From assembly GCA_003160755.1 (NCBI GenBank), contig QEXZ01000001.1:1-43019 (forward strand): a stretch of 43,019 nucleotides of DNA. Reading direction: 5' to 3'. Position 1 is the stretch's first letter; the number at the start of each line of letters is the position of its first letter. The translations under genes were made by a program, and so were the position numbers. The notes beneath the pieces were generated by a model that saw only the letters and a list, made by a program, of their open reading frames with translations, did no database searches and had not been told where the DNA came from. The DNA comes from Methanomicrobiales archaeon. Its GTDB lineage: Archaea; Halobacteriota; Syntropharchaeia; Alkanophagales; Methanospirareceae. Of this stretch, positions 1 through 9,235 are shown one piece after another.

Positions 1-8
1 ATAAAGAA

Positions 9-3000
9 ATGGCGTATTTCAAGAGCGAAGCGCAAAGACCAAATTTCATACAACAGGAAGAGGAAATATTGGAGCTGTGGGACAGAAATAAAACATTTGA
101 GCATAGTGTAGACCGCAGAGAGGGTTGTGAGAAGTTCATTTTTGTCGAGGGTCCACCAACTGCGAATGGACTCCCGCATCCCGGACATATTCTTACAAGG
201 GTTGTGAAAGACCTCGTGCTGCGATATAAAACGATGTGTGGTTTCAGGGTAGAAAGAAAAGCAGGATGGGACACGCATGGTCTGCCGGTGGAGATAGAGG
301 TGGAGAAGGAACTGGGAGTAAACAGCAAACGTGAGATAGAGGAGTACGGGGTAGAGAAATTCAACCGCAAATGCAAGGACTCGGTATTCAGATATGAAAA
401 AGAATGGGTGAATGCCACGAAACGAGTGGGGTTCTGGATAGATATGGATTCACCCTACGTAACCTCCGATAACGAATACATAGAATCTGTCTGGTGGTCG
501 TTAAAAGAGATATGGAACAAGGGCTTGCTTTATTGGGGGCATAAAGTCGTGCCCTACTGCCCGAGGTGTGAGACCACGCTGAGCAGTCATGAAGTAGCAC
601 AGGGCTATAAGGAGGTGGAGGACCCTTCGATATACGTAAAGTTCAAGCTGCGAGAAGCAAAAGAACAGGAGCAGGAGCAAGAACCTGTTTTTATGCTCGC
701 ATGGACTACAACTCCCTGGACTTTATTCGGCAATATCGCACTCGCGGTTCATCCAGAGCACACCTACGTGAAGGTAAAGACTGGCGAAGAGATTTTGATT
801 CTTGCTGAATCACGGTTGGACGCTCTGGAATGCGAATATGAGATAACTGAGCGATTAAGAGGTAAAGATCTGGAAGGCAAAGAGTATGAACAGCTTTTTG
901 ACGTGCCTGTAGAGGGGAAATCACATCGAGTAATCACTGCCGATTTCGTCACGTTAGACGAAGGTACGGGCGTCGTTCATATTGCACCTGCATTTGGTGA
1001 AGACGATTACGAAGTGTGCAAGGAGAAAGGATTGGGGTTTTCTCAGCCTGTGGACAGTAAAGGTCGGTTCACGGGAGACGTCCCGTTTCCCTCGTTGAAA
1101 GGTATTTTCGTAAAGGGTGCGGATAAGCGCATAATAGAAATGCTGGAGCAGCGTGGCATCCTGTACAAAGAGAGCACGCATTTGCACTCGTATCCCTTTT
1201 GCTGGCGTTGTGGTTCGCCTCTTTTGTATTACGCCCGCGAATCGTGGTTTATCGGTATGAAATCGCTGCGTAATAACCTGCTTGCAAACAATGAAAAGAT
1301 AAACTGGTATCCCTCGCACTTGAAATACGGAAGATTCGGGAACTTCCTGGAGAATATTGAGGATTGGGCGCTAAGCCGAGAGCGGTTCTGGGGCACGCCA
1401 CTGAATATATGGGTATGTGCCAAATGTGGAGCGGAAACATGTGTTGGAAGCATAGAGGAACTGAAGGAAAGGGCAAATAATTTTCCTTTTCCTCAAGAAT
1501 CAGACGCAAACCTCGACCTGCACCGGCCATACATTGATGATGTGTTACTGAAGTGTGAGAAATGCGGAGGAGAAATGAGAAGGGTAAAGGACGTGATAGA
1601 TTGCTGGTACGATTCGGGCTCTGCTCCTTTTGCTCAGTGGCATTACCCTTTTGAGACGGAAAAGTTCAAGCAGAATTTCCCCGCTTCTTTTATCACTGAA
1701 GCGATAGACCAGACCCGTGGCTGGTTCTATTCTTTGCTTGGTGTCTCAACAGCTATTTTCGATGTCCCACCTTATCTTAACGTGCTCTCACTGGGTCATA
1801 TATTGGATGAGCGCGGCGTGAAGATGAGTAAGAGCAAGGGAAACGTGGTTGACATAACTTCTATATTCAATAAAGAAGGTGCCGGTGCAGATGCGTTGAG
1901 ATGGTATTTCTTCACCGTAGGTCCACCATGGGAAGACATACGGTTCTCGGAACCTGCGATAGCGGAGCGGCAAAAGAAGTCATTGAACACGCTTTGGAAT
2001 TCATATTTCTTCTTCATCACGTACGCAAGCATAGACAAATTCAATCCGAATGCGAAGAATATCCCGATGGATAAAAGAAGTGCAATGGACAGATGGATAA
2101 TGTCAAGATGGAACTCAACGATAAAAGGCGTGATTGGGGCTCTCGAACGGTTTGAAATACATCTTGCGGGGAGGAGAATAGAAGATTTCGTGGTAGACGA
2201 CCTGAGCAACTGGTACATAAGGCGGTCAAGGCGGCGGTTCTGGGTCACCGAGGAGAACTTTGATAAGGATTGTGCATACTTGACGCTGTATGAGGTGCTT
2301 GTCTCTTTATGCAAATTGCTCGCGCCTTTTGTGCCTTTCATCACCGAACATATCTATCAGAACATCGTAAGAACGATTTCGGAAGACGCGCTTGAGAGTG
2401 TGCATCTTTGCGATTATCCTTTTCCCGTCGAATCGCTTATAGATGTGGAATTGGAGGATTCGATGGACTTAATTTCCAAATTAGTAGAGGCTGGCAGGCG
2501 AGCGAGGTCAGATGTGGGAATAAAGATAAGACAGCCGCTAAAGGAAGTTGTAGTCGTTTGTAGCAAGGAAAAGAAAGAGGAAGTGGCGAGTTTGGTAGAG
2601 ATATTGAAGGATGAGTTGAATGTGAAAGAAGTGAAATTTGAAGAAAGTTTGGAAGATATTACAGCAAAGGCAGTTGCGGAAACGCTGGCAGAAGAGAGAA
2701 AATTTAAAAAGGTAGAGGTAGATGACGTATCTTTGTTTCTGGATGTTACTCTGGACAAAAGTCTCATAGAAGAAGGGCTGGTCAGAGACCTCGTGAGGAG
2801 AGTACAGGGTATGAGGAAGGACATTGACCTGGAATATACGGCGAAGATAAGAATCCTGTATGAGGGTGACGAAGAGGTAAAAGAGGCGATAAATATGTTC
2901 TCAGATTATATTTGTGAGGAGACACTTGCGGCGAGCATAGAAGAAGGAATGCAAATATCGGAATCAAAAAGGGAGGGATTTTACGAGAAGAAATGGAAAA

Positions 3001-3041
3001 TAGGTAAAAAGGAGGTTTTGATAGGGGTAGAGGCTGTTTGA
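9..3041 (+). CDS. ileS: Isoleucyl-tRNA synthetase (archaeal/eukaryote-type)
   Basis: EGPPTANGLPHPGH (HIGH), GWDTHGLPVE, WTTTPWT editing motif, KMSKS; 1010 aa. Confidence 0.97.
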   Translation: MAYFKSEAQRPNFIQQEEEILELWDRNKTFEHSVDRREGCEKFIFVEGPPTANGLPHPGHILTRVVKDLVLRYKTMCGFRVERKAGWDTHGLPVEIEVEKELGVNSKREIEEYGVEKFNRKCKDSVFRYEKEWVNATKRVGFWIDMDSPYVTSDNEYIESVWWSLKEIWNKGLLYWGHKVVPYCPRCETTLSSHEVAQGYKEVEDPSIYVKFKLREAKEQEQEQEPVFMLAWTTTPWTLFGNIALAVHPEHTYVKVKTGEEILILAESRLDALECEYEITERLRGKDLEGKEYEQLFDVPVEGKSHRVITADFVTLDEGTGVVHIAPAFGEDDYEVCKEKGLGFSQPVDSKGRFTGDVPFPSLKGIFVKGADKRIIEMLEQRGILYKESTHLHSYPFCWRCGSPLLYYARESWFIGMKSLRNNLLANNEKINWYPSHLKYGRFGNFLENIEDWALSRERFWGTPLNIWVCAKCGAETCVGSIEELKERANNFPFPQESDANLDLHRPYIDDVLLKCEKCGGEMRRVKDVIDCWYDSGSAPFAQWHYPFETEKFKQNFPASFITEAIDQTRGWFYSLLGVSTAIFDVPPYLNVLSLGHILDERGVKMSKSKGNVVDITSIFNKEGAGADALRWYFFTVGPPWEDIRFSEPAIAERQKKSLNTLWNSYFFFITYASIDKFNPNAKNIPMDKRSAMDRWIMSRWNSTIKGVIGALERFEIHLAGRRIEDFVVDDLSNWYIRRSRRRFWVTEENFDKDCAYLTLYEVLVSLCKLLAPFVPFITEHIYQNIVRTISEDALESVHLCDYPFPVESLIDVELEDSMDLISKLVEAGRRARSDVGIKIRQPLKEVVVVCSKEKKEEVASLVEILKDELNVKEVKFEESLEDITAKAVAETLAEERKFKKVEVDDVSLFLDVTLDKSLIEEGLVRDLVRRVQGMRKDIDLEYTAKIRILYEGDEEVKEAINMFSDYICEETLAASIEEGMQISESKREGFYEKKWKIGKKEVLIGVEAV

Positions 3042-3055
3042 TAGCATGGCAGCGG

Positions 3056-3120
3056 CACTATCTAATTTTCCAGTGAAATTGCAATATCCTTAAATGTCAC
3101 AGCAGAGCACACGGAGAAGG
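3056..3120. repeat. Partial family-C hairpin repeat element
   Basis: aattttccagtgaaattgcaatatccttaaatgtcacagcagagcacacggaga resembles aattttctagtggaattgctatattcttaaatttcaccacaaggcacacagaga at about 32566-32620. Confidence 0.75.
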
Positions 3121-3279
3121 CACTTGCCTACCTAAAGAGGGAAAAACAGCAAGATTTGAAACGGCTGTTTGAATCTTTTCAACTTGTATTTGAGCATATC
3201 GCGGTGAATCCTTAGCTATGAACTCGTAGATTTTCCACAAATCGTTGAGTGCCCGTTTCGTCCATTTTATTTGAACCAC
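3097..3279 (-). pseudogene. Truncated RelE/ParE-family toxin
   Basis: MVQIKWTKRALNDL...LAVFPSLGRQVP is a typical ParE/RelE N-terminal half. The C-terminal REI...YRIIY part is missing and the last residues SPCALL come from the repeat element. Confidence 0.8.
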
Positions 3280-3452
3280 TTGGATGTCTCCTTCGCAACT
3301 TCTTCGTGAGAAATGAGACGACCTTCACGGACGTCTTCCTCAGCAGCCTCGAGTTTTTGTCTAAGGTAAAGACGATACATCAATTCATCAATATCTATTT
3401 TCTCTGGAAGTTCCTTAATCAAGTTAATAACCTGCTGCTTTGCAATACTCAT
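3267..3452 (-). CDS. Putative antitoxin of the RelE/ParE pair
   Basis: 61 aa, LEAAEEDVREGRLISHEEV motif typical of ParE-associated antitoxins; overlaps the toxin start. Confidence 0.8.
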   Translation of the reverse strand: MSIAKQQVINLIKELPEKIDIDELMYRLYLRQKLEAAEEDVREGRLISHEEVAKETSKWFK

Positions 3453-3630
3453 TGCGGTATCACCTTTTAGTTATCTATTTTTGGTTAATATAAATAACCT
3501 TCGTTTTTAATTGCACGAAAAAACAGCAATTTTTATATATGATGAATTTAAAACATTTTTCTTAGAAAGGAAAGCGTTACTAAAAGGAAAGAAGAGAAAA
3601 AAATAAATTAGGAGAGTGATAAGAAAAAAA

Positions 3631-3873
3631 ATGCCAGCAGTAATAGATTTGGAGAAGTGTAATGGCTGTAAGGATGTAGAGGGGAAGGAAAAAGGAGCGA
3701 GCAATTGCGTAGAGGAGTGTCCGGTGGAGTGTATAAGCTTGGTTGAAGATGATCCAAGCAGTGCCCCACAGGGACGAGAACAACATGCGGTAATAGACGC
3801 TGAGGAGTGCACCGATTGCGAGGTTTGCATAGATGTATGTGAACAAGGGGCGATAAGCATGTCGGAGGCGTAG
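3631..3873 (+). CDS. 2[4Fe-4S] dicluster ferredoxin
   Basis: CNGC-x12-CVEECP and CTDCEVCIDVCE; ATG 3631 after a GGAGAG RBS-like sequence. Confidence 0.9.
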   Translation: MPAVIDLEKCNGCKDVEGKEKGASNCVEECPVECISLVEDDPSSAPQGREQHAVIDAEECTDCEVCIDVCEQGAISMSEA

Positions 3874-4002
3874 AGACACAAGAACAAGCATGGACAAAAA
3901 ACGCTGTCTATGCACTATGCCGTTCGCAACTAAACTAAACTAAAATGTATAGAAACAACGTAGAGAAGCGTGCGAATTACTTCATAGTCGGCGCTTCTCA
4001 CA

Positions 4003-4095
4003 ACACTTTTTCTTTTTTTTACAAAAAAGAAAACCTGTGCTAAAAGAAAAAAAGACCTGTTTCTTTAGTCAAGCTTTCTTTTAAAGAAAGGTTTT
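4003..4095. repeat. Family-B AT-rich dispersed repeat
   Basis: acactttttct...aaaagaaaacctgtgctaaaagaaaa...tttagtcaag; similar copies at 7101, 37765, 38649. Confidence 0.85.
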
Positions 4096-5470
4096 ACGAC
4101 ACAACCTGCACCCTCGACACCTTAACAGAAGGAGAAACGACACTGTAAATCTGTCTTGTATCGTTCCCAATCATTTCCACGTGTTTCAATATCTCTTGCA
4201 TGTTGCCTGCGAGCATCACCTGCGTAACCGGATACAACTCGCCTTTTTTAATGCCAAAAGAATTCTGTGCAACGACGGAGAAATCGCCGGATGCACGTGA
4301 AGCCGTATGCGCACCTATCACGTCATTTACAAACAATCCTTCACGTATCTCGCCGAACATCTCTTCCTTAGAAGCGGTGCTTCCTGCGTTTATAATGAAA
4401 TTCGTTGCTCCCGGGGTTGGCAAATTACTAAAACCTCTTATTGCGTTACCTGTGCTTTCCACACCGTCTTTACCAGCGGTGTACGAATCATAGAGGAAAT
4501 TATTCAGCACCCCATTTTCTACCAACTTCGTAGGTTGAGCGGGAACGCCTTCGCCATCCATTCTTCTGCTATTTACACCGCCCTGCATCGTGCCATCGTC
4601 TATAACCGTAAGAATTTCAGAAGCTATTTCCTGTCCTTTTTTACCGTGATACGGCGATTGTTTCCGCTGCACGTTCTCCGCGCTCAGTTGCGGAATCAAG
4701 GTATAAGCCAGAAGGTTTTGTACTGCGCGTGGCGAGAAAACAACAGGAAGCTCCTTCGTTTTTAGTTTCTTAGCACCAAAACAATCCACAGCCATTTTCA
4801 CCGCTTCCCTGCCTATCCATTCAAAATCTATGCCCGTGAGTATCCGGCTTACCTTCCCCTCGTATCCTGAAATCTCCTCTCCGTTTTCGCTACCACCTGC
4901 TTCACTTGCCACAACCATCAGCCCTGCGGAGACGTACGTGCCTGAATCACTTGTTTCAATACCCTCTGAATTCAAGATATATGTCTCATCGCGAGCCGCG
5001 GCGAAGCTGCCTTCTGTTGGCGTGCACGTTACGCTTTTGCTCAATTTATACTCTTTCGCGCCACTCAGCATCCGTTTGCAATATTGTATCGCATCTTCGC
5101 TACCACACTCAAGCAGTTCAGTTATGCGCGGGTCAAAACTTTTTTCCGGTTTCGTGTAGCCCTGCTTTGACGTTTCTGCTCCTGGCAAGCCGAGAAAATG
5201 CGTGTCTTGCTCGGATACCTTCGCCTGTTTTATTGCATGCTCTACGCATTCCTCTATTCTCGCGTCTTCCAAAGCGGTAGTGTATGAAAATCCGATTTTT
5301 TTTCTTACTACTACTCGTACTCCAATACCGGTGCTTTTAACGTGCTTTACCTTTTTTACTTCCTCTCGCTCAAGGTCAACGCTTAAAACATCGCCGCACT
5401 CTCCATAAATCTCCGCCTGGTCGCAGTGTTTCAACGCCTTTTTCAGACCCTTATGCATGATGTCGAGCAT
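4094..5470 (-). CDS. TldD/PmbA-family protein (PmbA/TldE-like)
   Basis: GIGVRVV..KKIGFSYT, DGEGVP, LYDSYTA, STGNA, SGDFSV; no HExxGH motif. Confidence 0.92.
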   Translation of the reverse strand: MLDIMHKGLKKALKHCDQAEIYGECGDVLSVDLEREEVKKVKHVKSTGIGVRVVVRKKIGFSYTTALEDARIEECVEHAIKQAKVSEQDTHFLGLPGAETSKQGYTKPEKSFDPRITELLECGSEDAIQYCKRMLSGAKEYKLSKSVTCTPTEGSFAAARDETYILNSEGIETSDSGTYVSAGLMVVASEAGGSENGEEISGYEGKVSRILTGIDFEWIGREAVKMAVDCFGAKKLKTKELPVVFSPRAVQNLLAYTLIPQLSAENVQRKQSPYHGKKGQEIASEILTVIDDGTMQGGVNSRRMDGEGVPAQPTKLVENGVLNNFLYDSYTAGKDGVESTGNAIRGFSNLPTPGATNFIINAGSTASKEEMFGEIREGLFVNDVIGAHTASRASGDFSVVAQNSFGIKKGELYPVTQVMLAGNMQEILKHVEMIGNDTRQIYSVVSPSVKVSRVQVVS

Positions 5471-5535
5471 TTTTTTTCTGTCTTATCTCTGCATATTTAA
5501 AAGCTACAAGAACTAATTAAATTTAAAACAGCTTT

Positions 5536-5582
5536 CTCGTGAAGATCCGTGTAATCTGTGTAATCCGTGTAATCTGTGGTTA
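5536..5582. repeat. Family-D 9-bp unit array (AATCYGTGT)n ending in GGTT
   Basis: atccgtgt aatctgtgt aatccgtgt aatctgtggtt; related arrays at 17760-17825, 20571-20600 (inverted), 20833-20865, 38871-38893, 43002-43019. Confidence 0.8.
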
Positions 5583-5586
5583 AAAA

Positions 5587-6489
5587 ATGTCTCAAAACAG
5601 GATGTTAAAAATAAAAGAAGGCGAACTCGTGCATCTGATAGGCAAAAGAGGTAAGAGATACCAGATTGTGCTGAATGCGGGGTCTTCCTTCTCTTTCACC
5701 CGTGGAATTGTTTCGCATGACGACATAATAGGACTGGAAGAAGGAAATGCGGTAAAATCTTCCCTTGGCGAAAAACTCGTGGTTGTAAGGCCTACTTTGG
5801 CTGAATACATATCGAAGATGCAGAAAGGTTCGCAGATAATATACCCCAAAGACATCGCTGCCATTTTAATGCTTGCAGACATATTCCCGGGTGCGAGGGT
5901 GTTAGAAGCAGGGATAGGCTCAGGCGCTCTTACGCTGGCGCTGCTTCGTGCTGTGGGCAAAGACGGTGAAGTGGTATCATATGAGAGGAAGAAGGAATTT
6001 TCGGATGTCGCGATAAAAAATATAGATACCTTCTTCAACAGGGTAGAAAGTGCCGGAAAAGAAGGTTCCGGAACGCGGATATTAAAATACAGGGACGTGT
6101 ATGAAGGCATAGACGAGAAGGAATTAGACCGAATACTACTGGACCTTCCGGAACCCTGGAGAGCGCTGGAGCATGTAGACAAATCACTTAGAACGGGTGG
6201 AATACTACTGTGCTATAATCCAACCGTGCTGCAGATATACAAGCTTTCAAGAAGGTTAGAGTTGAAATACGAGCGAAGCTTTCGTGTGATGGGTATTTAC
6301 GAGATTGGCATGCGAGGCTGGGAAATAAAAGGTAGAAGTATGCGACCAGAACATAGAATGATCGCTCATACCGGGTTTATTTTTGTAGCGAGGAAATGCT
6401 CTGCTTGTGAACAAGAAAAAATAAATTATAGACACAGATTAACGCTTGTGGGCTCTGCCCACATCCCCGCAAGCCCGGAAAGGGCTTAA
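5587..6489 (+). CDS. trmI: tRNA (adenine57/58-N1)-methyltransferase
   Basis: QIIYPKD, VLEAGIGSGAL, LDLPEPW, HTGF; last ~22 aa derive from a repeat element. Confidence 0.95.
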   Translation: MSQNRMLKIKEGELVHLIGKRGKRYQIVLNAGSSFSFTRGIVSHDDIIGLEEGNAVKSSLGEKLVVVRPTLAEYISKMQKGSQIIYPKDIAAILMLADIFPGARVLEAGIGSGALTLALLRAVGKDGEVVSYERKKEFSDVAIKNIDTFFNRVESAGKEGSGTRILKYRDVYEGIDEKELDRILLDLPEPWRALEHVDKSLRTGGILLCYNPTVLQIYKLSRRLELKYERSFRVMGIYEIGMRGWEIKGRSMRPEHRMIAHTGFIFVARKCSACEQEKINYRHRLTLVGSAHIPASPERA

Positions 6490-6591
6490 TTAACACAGAT
6501 GAAAAGAGCAATGCCGTTAGCCCAGCTCAACAAGAACAAAAGAAAAAATCCGTGTAAATCCGTGTCTCAAATAGAAGGAAGTTACACCTTA
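6419..6591. mobile_element. Family-A hairpin element (MITE-like) with nested double-hairpin insert
   Basis: gacacagattaacgc[43-bp insert]attaacacagatgaaaag...atccgtgtctcaaatagaaggaagttacac; reverse complement matches the copy at 17614. Confidence 0.75.
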
Positions 6592-6655
6592 GATACAATG
6601 AGAATAATCCCATTTGTACTGCTGGATAACAAATCCAAAAGTTACAAATCCGTTT

Positions 6656-7099
6656 TTAAAAATCTTTATTAAGCACCTCATCAATTCCCGATTCGTGAAA
6701 ACCATTGTAAACGTCTTCCTTCAGCCTGTCAAAGCTTGTGGAGAAAAACAAATGACTTCTGCATGTGCAATCACTGCATCCAAAATTAGCTATGTGCTCT
6801 GAACCTTTCTTCATCTGCAATTTTGCTGCTATTTCACATTCTTTCCTCTCCTCCGTTTCCGCAAACACTACTTCCTTTACTTCTACTCCCGAACTCGCCA
6901 GGAAATAATCTATATGCCAGTGTAATTTCTTGTTCTCACCGACTTCACGCAAATGTCTCCTTATTCGCTGTGCCAATCCGGAAAGAGCCGAACCCACATA
7001 AGCATAAAAACCACTTTTGAACGCTACCCGTCCCAATTGCCCTATTTCTATTTCTCTATCTGCATGGTTTTCCATGATTAGCACGTAAGTCCCATTCAT
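6656..7099 (-). CDS. GIY-YIG (Uri superfamily, DUF123-type) endonuclease
   Basis: GTYVL...YAYVGSA, RIRRH, HWHIDY, FGCSDCTCRSHLF. Confidence 0.9.
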   Translation of the reverse strand: MNGTYVLIMENHADREIEIGQLGRVAFKSGFYAYVGSALSGLAQRIRRHLREVGENKKLHWHIDYFLASSGVEVKEVVFAETEERKECEIAAKLQMKKGSEHIANFGCSDCTCRSHLFFSTSFDRLKEDVYNGFHESGIDEVLNKDF

Positions 7100-7100
7100 T

Positions 7101-7185
7101 ACACTTTTTCTTTTTGGAAAAAAGAAAACCTGTGCTAAAAGAAAAATCTAGAAATGTTTTTAGTTAAAGTTTTACCCAAAGTTTT
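7101..7185. repeat. Family-B AT-rich dispersed repeat
   Basis: aaaagaaaacctgtgctaaaagaaaaa...gaaatgtttttagttaaag. Confidence 0.85.
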
Positions 7186-7196
7186 CTCGTTGTATA

Positions 7197-7330
7197 TAAG
7201 GTATAGCTTCCTTCTATTTAAGACACAGATTTACACTGATTTACGCAGATTTATTTTAGTTTAACCGTTGTTTGTTTGTTGATCCTTTTCATCTGTGTTA
7301 ATCTGCATTAATCTGTGTCTCTAATTTGTT
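7197..7330. mobile_element. Family-A hairpin element (MITE-like), full copy
   Basis: tatagcttccttctatttaagacacagattt acactgattt acgcagattt...catctgtgtt aatctgcatt aatctgtgtc; near-identical to 35684-35830 and to the reverse complement of 41768-41899. Confidence 0.85.
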
Positions 7331-7435
7331 TTGTCCTTCTTTCCTCCTTCGTGTCTCAGTGCCTCTGTGTTTTTATTTTTATTTTGAAATCATGTGGTTT
7401 TTTATATCTGCTATACAAATACGGTATTAGTGAAT

Positions 7436-8362
7436 ATGGAGAAAGAGCGCAGGGAACAGGTGGAGCGGATAGAGAGGTTAAAACGAGAGAAGAATGCGAT
7501 TATCCTCGCTCATAATTACCAGCGTGCGGAGATTCAGGATATAGCGGAATTCGTTGGCGACTCCTTAGAGCTTGCGAGAAAAGCGATGGATACGACTGCT
7601 GACCTCATAATCTTCTGCGGCGTTGATTTCATGGCGGAAACCGCAGCGATACTGAACCCCGATAAAAAAGTTGTCATTCCCGATAAGGGCGCGATATGCC
7701 CGATGGCACAGCAATTATCCGCTGAGGATTTGCTTGCGGCGAAGCGAAAAAATCCCGATGCGGAGGTTGTCCTCTACGTGAACACGCTTGCGGAATGTAA
7801 GGCGCTTGCAGACTGCGTTTGTACTTCTGCGAATGCACAGGAAATAGTCAAGGCGATGGATTCTTCCACCGTATTATTTGGGCCTGACCGCAATTTAGCG
7901 TATCACGCACAGAAGACAACCTCTAAAACCATTATTCCCGTTCCTGAACACGGGCTCTGCCCTTCGCACCACCAGATAGTAATGACGGATTTGCTAAAAG
8001 CGAAGAAGGCGCATCCGAGAGCAAAAATTATTGTTCATCCAGAATGCATCCCCGAAGTTCAAGACCACGCTGATTATATCGCTTCAACGAGCGGCATGGT
8101 AAAGATTTGCAATGAAGAGGGAGCGGGTGATAAATTTCTGATTGGCACGGAGGTCGGGCTGCTGCACCGGCTCAAAAAGGAAGCGCCGGAAAAGAAATTC
8201 TATCCCATCTCTACTACCGCCGTCTGTCCTCAGATGAAAATGCACACGTTAGAGAATGTAGAAGTCGCATTGAAGGAAGAGAAGCCAGAAGTTGTTGTTC
8301 CGGATGAAATCATGGACAAAGCGAGGAAAGCAATAGAAAGGATGCTCGAAATCTCACATTAA
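7436..8362 (+). CDS. nadA: Quinolinate synthase A
   Basis: ILAHNYQ, FCGVDFMAE, CPMA, YVNT, HPEC, CPQMK. Confidence 0.96.
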   Translation: MEKERREQVERIERLKREKNAIILAHNYQRAEIQDIAEFVGDSLELARKAMDTTADLIIFCGVDFMAETAAILNPDKKVVIPDKGAICPMAQQLSAEDLLAAKRKNPDAEVVLYVNTLAECKALADCVCTSANAQEIVKAMDSSTVLFGPDRNLAYHAQKTTSKTIIPVPEHGLCPSHHQIVMTDLLKAKKAHPRAKIIVHPECIPEVQDHADYIASTSGMVKICNEEGAGDKFLIGTEVGLLHRLKKEAPEKKFYPISTTAVCPQMKMHTLENVEVALKEEKPEVVVPDEIMDKARKAIERMLEISH

Positions 8363-8391
8363 CGTATAACTTCCTTCTCCAAGATTTGAGT

Positions 8392-9138
8392 TTACCTCAT
8401 CATATCTTCCATCAATCTTCTCAAAAATCCTTTCCTCCTCCTCTCGCTGTAATCTATTATCTTCTCCTTTTTTATCCCGCTTCGCTCTTTCGCTATCCTT
8501 ATCGCTAAGTCCCGCCCGCCGAGATGGTCGATCAATCCCACTTCTTTTGCTTCTCGGCCCAGATACACCTTACCCGTGGATAAATCCTTCACCTTTGCAT
8601 CATTCATGTCCAAACTCCGGTTCTTCACTATGGCGTTCAAAAAGCTATCCTGAATCTCATCCAATTCCTTCTTTATCAACTCGCGTTCTTCTTCCGTCGG
8701 CTTCTCATACGGCAGTCCCAAGCCCTTATAGATACCCGTTTTTAGCGTCTCCACGTCTATGCCAAATTTCTTCATTAACTCTCCGATGTCGGGTCTTATG
8801 CTCATAACGCCTATGCTCCCCACTGTGCTCAGCTCATCCGCGACAATTTCGTCGCATGCACTCGCAACCCAGTAAGCGCCCGAAGCCGCATGTTCCCGTA
8901 CCCACGCTATTGCGGGCTTATCCATATTTTCTATGCATGTTGCTATCTCCTTTGATGCAAAAGGCGTCCCCCCGGGAGAATTTATCTCAAATATCACTGC
9001 TTTTATCTTCCTCTTCTTCTCCGCTTCCTCTATGTCTCTTATTACTTCCGTAGATGCGGACATGAGCCCGAAAGCTGACTCTTCTGACGTAATCATCCCC
9101 TTTATCGGAATTATCGCAATTGCTCCTTTTTCTTTCAT
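8392..9138 (-). CDS. sppA: Signal peptide peptidase SppA (S49 family)
   Basis: INSPGG, AASGAYWVA, VGSIGV, GLIDHLGG; no N-terminal membrane anchor. Confidence 0.92.
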   Translation of the reverse strand: MKEKGAIAIIPIKGMITSEESAFGLMSASTEVIRDIEEAEKKRKIKAVIFEINSPGGTPFASKEIATCIENMDKPAIAWVREHAASGAYWVASACDEIVADELSTVGSIGVMSIRPDIGELMKKFGIDVETLKTGIYKGLGLPYEKPTEEERELIKKELDEIQDSFLNAIVKNRSLDMNDAKVKDLSTGKVYLGREAKEVGLIDHLGGRDLAIRIAKERSGIKKEKIIDYSERRRKGFLRRLMEDMMR

Positions 9139-9235
9139 TTTCCGCTTCTCATGAACTTGTCCTGAATTATCCTTTTATATCAGGTTATCTTTTTCAGGAT
9201 ATAAATTTAGTAAATTAAATGAGGAAAAAACACAG

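Noticed and set aside
3886..4000. Two hairpins downstream of the ferredoxin gene as an ncRNA
   Set aside because: Adequately explained as terminator or 3' UTR structure between convergent genes; no promoter seen.
6656..7099. GIY-YIG protein as the mobiliser of the flanking repeats
   Set aside because: It is a DUF123-type protein common in archaea, and repeats are equally dense around housekeeping genes, so adjacency is not evidence.
7197..7330. CRISPR array
   Set aside because: Units are 7-10 bp, adjacent and inverted, with no unique spacers and no cas genes.
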